Source: Nitrospirota bacterium (lineage in GTDB: Bacteria; UBA2233). From it: a stretch of DNA of 20,000 nucleotides. Positions 16,156 to 20,000 of this stretch are shown piece after piece; position 1 is the first letter of the stretch, and the number at the start of each line of letters is the position of its first letter. The notes under the pieces were generated by a model that was not told where the DNA came from, made no database searches, and saw nothing but the letters and a program-made list of their open reading frames with translations. The DNA lies in NCBI GenBank assembly GCA_011620345.1, contig WOZJ01000050.1, positions 46,495-66,494 on the forward strand, given 5' to 3'. The position numbers and the translations under genes are program-made.

Positions 16156-17337
16156 CTAGTCTTTGTGCTCGAAGAGCCCGGCGGCCCCCATTCCGCCGCC
16201 TACGCACATCGTGACGATCCCGTATTTGAGGTCGTTGTCGCGCATATGGTAGAGAATCTTGGTCGAAAGGATCGCGCCCGTCGCCCCCAAGGGGTGTCCT
16301 AGCGCGATTGCGCCGCCGTAAGGGTTGAGCTTCCGGCTCTCTAGGAAGCCCTCGAGCCCTAATTTCTTTACACAGTACACGCTCTGGGAGGCGAACGCCT
16401 CGTTCATCTCGATTGCATCGATCTCTTTGAGCTTTAGATCCACCTTGGCCAAAAGCTTTGGCACGGCCAACGAAGGGCCGATTCCCATTTCATCTGGACC
16501 GCAGCCTACCGTCATATACCCTTTGAAGCGCCCTAGCGGCTTGAGCCCTAAGTCCTTCGCTTTATCCTTGCTCATCAAAACGACGGCCGCCGCCCCGTCG
16601 GTCATCTGGGATGAGTTTCCCGCCGTGACCGTCCCTTCTTTCCAGAAGGCCGGTTTAAGCTTAGAGAGCGCTTCTATCGAGGTGTCCCTGCGCGGTCCTT
16701 CGTCCGTGTCGAACTGAAAGAACTCCTTGCCCCCGGTGGGTTTGTAGCGGTAAGCCTGGACGGGGACGATCTGCTCCTTGAAAACCCCTTTGTCGATCCC
16801 TTCGACGGCAAGAAGGTTGCTTCTTAGGCCGAGCGCATCCTGCTCTTCGCGGGTTATATTGTAACGCTTGGCCACGATCTCGGCCGTTTCTCCCATGCCA
16901 ACGTATGCGGGGTAGAACTCTTCGGCCATTTCAGGGTGCGGAACAATCCTGTTCCCGCCCATAGGTATAAGGCTCATGCTCTCGATGCCGCCGGCTACGA
17001 CGATCTCGGCCATTCCAGACATAATCCGAAAGGCGCCCAAAGCGATCGCCTCCAGCCCGGAAGCGCAGAAGCGGTTGATGGTCATGCACGAGACCGAATT
17101 AGGCAGTTTTGCACGAAACCAGGCCTCTCTAGCCAGGTTCATGCCCTGCTCGGCCTCCGGCATGGCACAGCCTATGATGCAGTCGTCCACGAGCTTCGGG
17201 TCTAAGTCGCCCGCACGCTTCAAGGCTTCGAGAATGACCGCGGCGCCCATATCCTCCGGACGAACATCGGCTAGGGATCCCTTTTTGGCCCGGCCCATCG
17301 CCGTCCGTGCGGCCGAAACGACCATTGTTTTTTCCAT
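16156..17337 (-). CDS. fadA: Acetyl-CoA C-acyltransferase (3-ketoacyl-CoA thiolase)
   Basis: NRFCASG (catalytic Cys), TAGNSSQMTDGAAA, NEAFA, GGAIALGHPLGATG, TMCVGGGMG. Confidence 0.96.
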   Translation of the reverse strand: MEKTMVVSAARTAMGRAKKGSLADVRPEDMGAAVILEALKRAGDLDPKLVDDCIIGCAMPEAEQGMNLAREAWFRAKLPNSVSCMTINRFCASGLEAIALGAFRIMSGMAEIVVAGGIESMSLIPMGGNRIVPHPEMAEEFYPAYVGMGETAEIVAKRYNITREEQDALGLRSNLLAVEGIDKGVFKEQIVPVQAYRYKPTGGKEFFQFDTDEGPRRDTSIEALSKLKPAFWKEGTVTAGNSSQMTDGAAAVVLMSKDKAKDLGLKPLGRFKGYMTVGCGPDEMGIGPSLAVPKLLAKVDLKLKEIDAIEMNEAFASQSVYCVKKLGLEGFLESRKLNPYGGAIALGHPLGATGAILSTKILYHMRDNDLKYGIVTMCVGGGMGAAGLFEHKD

Positions 17338-17361
17338 AGATTTCCCCCTTCCTTCGTGTGT

Positions 17362-19773
17362 TTAGTTCCTGAGCGGACGGTTGTACATAAGCATGTGCTG
17401 GATACGGGCAAGCGTGCGATCCTCGCCAAGGAGGCTAAGGAACGCCTCGCGCTCTAGATCCAGCAGGTATTGCTCGGAGACCTTAGTGCCAGGGCGTACC
17501 TTGCCGCCCGTCAAGATGTCGGCAAGCTTGAAGGCAACGACGACGTCGTACTCGGTAGCAAACCCCGCGTTTCGCATTCCCTGGACGTACACCTTGAGAG
17601 CGGCCGCCGCACCTTCGCCGGCAACGGGGATGTTCTTAAGCTCTCTGGGCTGCCTGTAGCCCGTTTGAGCGAGCGCCAAGACGGCCTTTTTGGCGTCTTG
17701 GATAAGGAAGTCCCGGTTGAAGGTCATCCCGTCCGTTGGTTTCAAGAATCCCCATTCTATCGCCTCCTGGGCGGATGTGGCGACCTTGGCGAGCGCGATC
17801 AGCTCGAAAGCCTTCCGTACAAACGGGAAGAGGTCGGCTGGTGGGTTCTCGATCACGCTCTCGACGCAGCGCTTGTAAAGTTCTTTACAGCCCCCTCCTG
17901 CAGGAATAAGCCCTACGCCCACCTCGACGAGCCCGATGTAGCTCTCGACATGGGCCTGGACGCGGTCTGCATGCATAAGGATCTCGCAGCCCCCACCAAG
18001 CGCCATACCCGCCGGTGCGGCCACAACGGGCTTCTTGGAGTATCGAAGGCGCATGTTGGCGTCTTGGAATTCTCTGATGATTGTTTCAAGCTGTTCGAAG
18101 TCTTTGTTCTGGGCGGCGGCCAGGATCAAGAAAATGTTCGCCCCTACGCAGAAATTCTGAGCATGGTTGGCGATGACGAGCCCTTCGAAACGCTCTTCGA
18201 CAATAGCGATGCTTTTATTCATCATGCCGACGATGTCGGGGTCGATCGCGTTCATCTTCGTGTGGAATTCCAGGCAGGCGACGCCGTCTCCTAGGTCGTA
18301 AAGCGTTGCCCCGTCGTTGTGTTCGAGCACCTTCCCTTGTTCTTTAAGCTCGGGAAGAAGGATTATGTCAGGGTTCTTCGAAGCGGGGACGTAGTCCTTG
18401 GTCTTGAAATCGTAAAAATAGACGGTATTGTTCTTTTTTGTGTAGAACGACTCTTTGCCAGCCTCGAGCATCCCGAGCACGTTCTTTGGGACGCTTATCC
18501 CTTCTTTTTGCATCCGCTCGATAGATTGCCTTACGCCGATCGCATCCCAAGCCTCGAACGGTCCAAGCTGGAAGTTAAACCCCCACTTGATCGCGTTGTC
18601 TACGTCCAGGATCGTGTCGGCGATCTCGGGAATCCGGTTTGCGCAGTATGCAAAGCTGTCTGCAAGCACTTTCCAGGCAAAGTTAGCCGCCTTGTCGTCC
18701 ATTGAAACGAGCTTGGCGATTCTTTGTTTGGGGTCTTCGATCCCCTTAAGGCCCTTGAGCGATGGGTAATCGGGCTTTATCGTCTCGATATAAGACATGG
18801 TGGCTGGATCTAAGACCTTTCGTACGCTCTGGCCGTCTTGCGCCCTCTCTTTCTTGTAGAACCCTCTGCCCGTCTTGTCGCCGAGCATGCCGCCATCGAT
18901 CATCTTTTTGATGAAATCGGGAAGGGCGAAGACCTCGCGACGCTCGTCGTTAGGACAGTTGTCGTACACCGTCCTTGCTACATGGGCCAAGGTGTCGAGC
19001 CCGACCAAGTCGGCCGTACGGAAAGTGGCGGAGTTCGGCCTACCCATAGGCACGCCCGTAATGGCATCGACCTCGTCTATCCTTAGGCCCTCTTGAAGCA
19101 TTAGGTGCATGATGTACATTATGCCTTCGACCCCGACCCGGTTCGCGATGAAGTTGGGCGTATCCTTGGCTCGGATTACGCCTTTCCCGAGGGTGTAGCT
19201 GCAAAAACGCTCGATTGCCTGGAGCGCATCCTGCTTTGTTTTGGGGTGCGGGATGATTTCGAGCAGCTTCATGTAACGCGGGGGGTTAAAGAAGTGGGTG
19301 ACCAGGAAGTGCTCCTGGAAGTCCTTGTTTAACCCCTCAGCCATCTTGGATACACTGATCCCAGAGGTGTTCGAGGCGACGATCGTCCCGGGCGTTCGGA
19401 ACTGGGAGACGCGCTTGAAAAGCTGCTGCTTTACGGCAAGGTTTTCGACGACGGCTTCGATGATCAGGTCGCACTCTTTAAGCCGTTCCATGTCGTCGTC
19501 AAAGTTCCCGACGGTCACCAGTTCGGCGTTCTTTTTCGAGAAGAACGCCGCAGGTTTCGAATTGAGCGCGTTGTTCCAACCCTTCAGGGAAAACCGATTG
19601 CGGACTTCTTTGCTCTCGAGCGTCAGGCCCTTGCGTGTTTCCTCTTCTGTGAGCTCTTTAGGAACGATGTCAAACAGGTAAGTGGGGATTTGGGCGTTGG
19701 CCAGATGGGCGGCGATGCCGCTTCCCATTACGCCAGCCCCGAGAACGGCTGCACGTCGGATGTCTCTTGCCAT
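17362..19773 (-). CDS. fadN: 3-hydroxyacyl-CoA dehydrogenase / enoyl-CoA hydratase fusion (FadN/YusL-type)
   Basis: N-terminal GAGVMGSGIA, EAVVE, SNTSG, HFFNPPRYMKLLE, DTPNFIANRVG; C-terminal crotonase-like NFCVGAN, GMALGGGCE, GLVEVGVGLIPAGGG, ending PLRN; AAGGAGG RBS. Confidence 0.94.
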   Translation of the reverse strand: MARDIRRAAVLGAGVMGSGIAAHLANAQIPTYLFDIVPKELTEEETRKGLTLESKEVRNRFSLKGWNNALNSKPAAFFSKKNAELVTVGNFDDDMERLKECDLIIEAVVENLAVKQQLFKRVSQFRTPGTIVASNTSGISVSKMAEGLNKDFQEHFLVTHFFNPPRYMKLLEIIPHPKTKQDALQAIERFCSYTLGKGVIRAKDTPNFIANRVGVEGIMYIMHLMLQEGLRIDEVDAITGVPMGRPNSATFRTADLVGLDTLAHVARTVYDNCPNDERREVFALPDFIKKMIDGGMLGDKTGRGFYKKERAQDGQSVRKVLDPATMSYIETIKPDYPSLKGLKGIEDPKQRIAKLVSMDDKAANFAWKVLADSFAYCANRIPEIADTILDVDNAIKWGFNFQLGPFEAWDAIGVRQSIERMQKEGISVPKNVLGMLEAGKESFYTKKNNTVYFYDFKTKDYVPASKNPDIILLPELKEQGKVLEHNDGATLYDLGDGVACLEFHTKMNAIDPDIVGMMNKSIAIVEERFEGLVIANHAQNFCVGANIFLILAAAQNKDFEQLETIIREFQDANMRLRYSKKPVVAAPAGMALGGGCEILMHADRVQAHVESYIGLVEVGVGLIPAGGGCKELYKRCVESVIENPPADLFPFVRKAFELIALAKVATSAQEAIEWGFLKPTDGMTFNRDFLIQDAKKAVLALAQTGYRQPRELKNIPVAGEGAAAALKVYVQGMRNAGFATEYDVVVAFKLADILTGGKVRPGTKVSEQYLLDLEREAFLSLLGEDRTLARIQHMLMYNRPLRN

Positions 19774-19834
19774 GCTTTTCCTCCTTAGGAAAAAGGTTTG
19801 TGTTGGGCCTGCATTGGTATGAAGTTACTATACA

Positions 19835-19999
19835 TCAAACCTTGCATCGTTGTGGAGAGCTTTTTAGGAAAGCCAGTGCGAGCCGATCTAGCCTGCTTAA
19901 CGTGTCCTGGATACAGCATCTTCCATGTTCTATGCGGACCTTGAGCGGACCTTGGGCTTGAGGGGGAAAGAGCGGCTTTCCTACGACCACGACGAGCCT
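19835..19999 (-). CDS. C-terminal fragment of a probable lysophospholipid acyltransferase (DUF374-like) protein
   Basis: Hand translation from window edge: RLVVVVGKPLFPPQAQGPLKVRIEHGRCCIQDTLSRLDRLALAFLKSSPQRCKV*; strand + G(E/K)P + terminal helix resembles acyltransferase C-termini. Not in the ORF track. Confidence 0.45.
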   Translation of the reverse strand, partial: RLVVVVGKPLFPPQAQGPLKVRIEHGRCCIQDTLSRLDRLALAFLKSSPQRCKV

Positions 20000-20000
20000 G

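Noticed and set aside
17470..18294. Long antisense ORFs (this 274-aa one, also 5124-5753, 4052-4552, 10923-11489, 15425-15934)
   Set aside because: Shadow frames opposite well supported genes in GC-rich DNA; no motifs or RBS.
19934..19954. Direct repeat GCGGACCTTG x2 with 11-bp period
   Set aside because: Falls inside the probable acyltransferase coding frame; only two copies, no evidence for an operator or CRISPR role.
19785..20000. Second open minus-strand frame (71 codons) ending at the fadN RBS
   Set aside because: No recognisable protein pattern; the overlapping frame 19835-19999 looks more protein-like.

Overview
Gene-dense bacterial chromosomal window, mostly housekeeping and lipid catabolism genes. 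A Deltaproteobacteria/Myxococcota/Desulfobacterota-like lineage is plausible (group-1 MglA homologue, L27 without N-terminal extension, FadN-type beta-oxidation enzyme), but this is inference. Order: partial acyl-CoA dehydrogenase, DUF2804 protein, transglutaminase-like protein (+); a structured REP-like spacer; APH-kinase/AAA_33 fusion and metK (-); a long + strand run rplU-rpmA-[class B J-domain protein]-obgE-proB-proA-nadD-rsfS-comF; then mglA, histidine phosphatase and thyX (-); a membrane-anchored hypothetical protein (+); fadA, fadN and the tail of a probable acyltransferase (-). No rRNA, tRNA, CRISPR array or transposase was found. Most notable: (1) the hypothetical protein at 15368-16150 has mirror-symmetric proline-punctuated amphipathic beta repeats, suggesting one very long membrane-anchored beta-hairpin next to fatty-acid degradation genes; (2) an MglA GTPase with no adjacent mglB and a natural Gly21->Ala change; (3) a DnaJ/CbpA-type gene inserted between rpmA and obgE; (4) degenerate signature motifs in L21, RsfS and ComF. 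Family assignments come from recognised motifs, not database searches.
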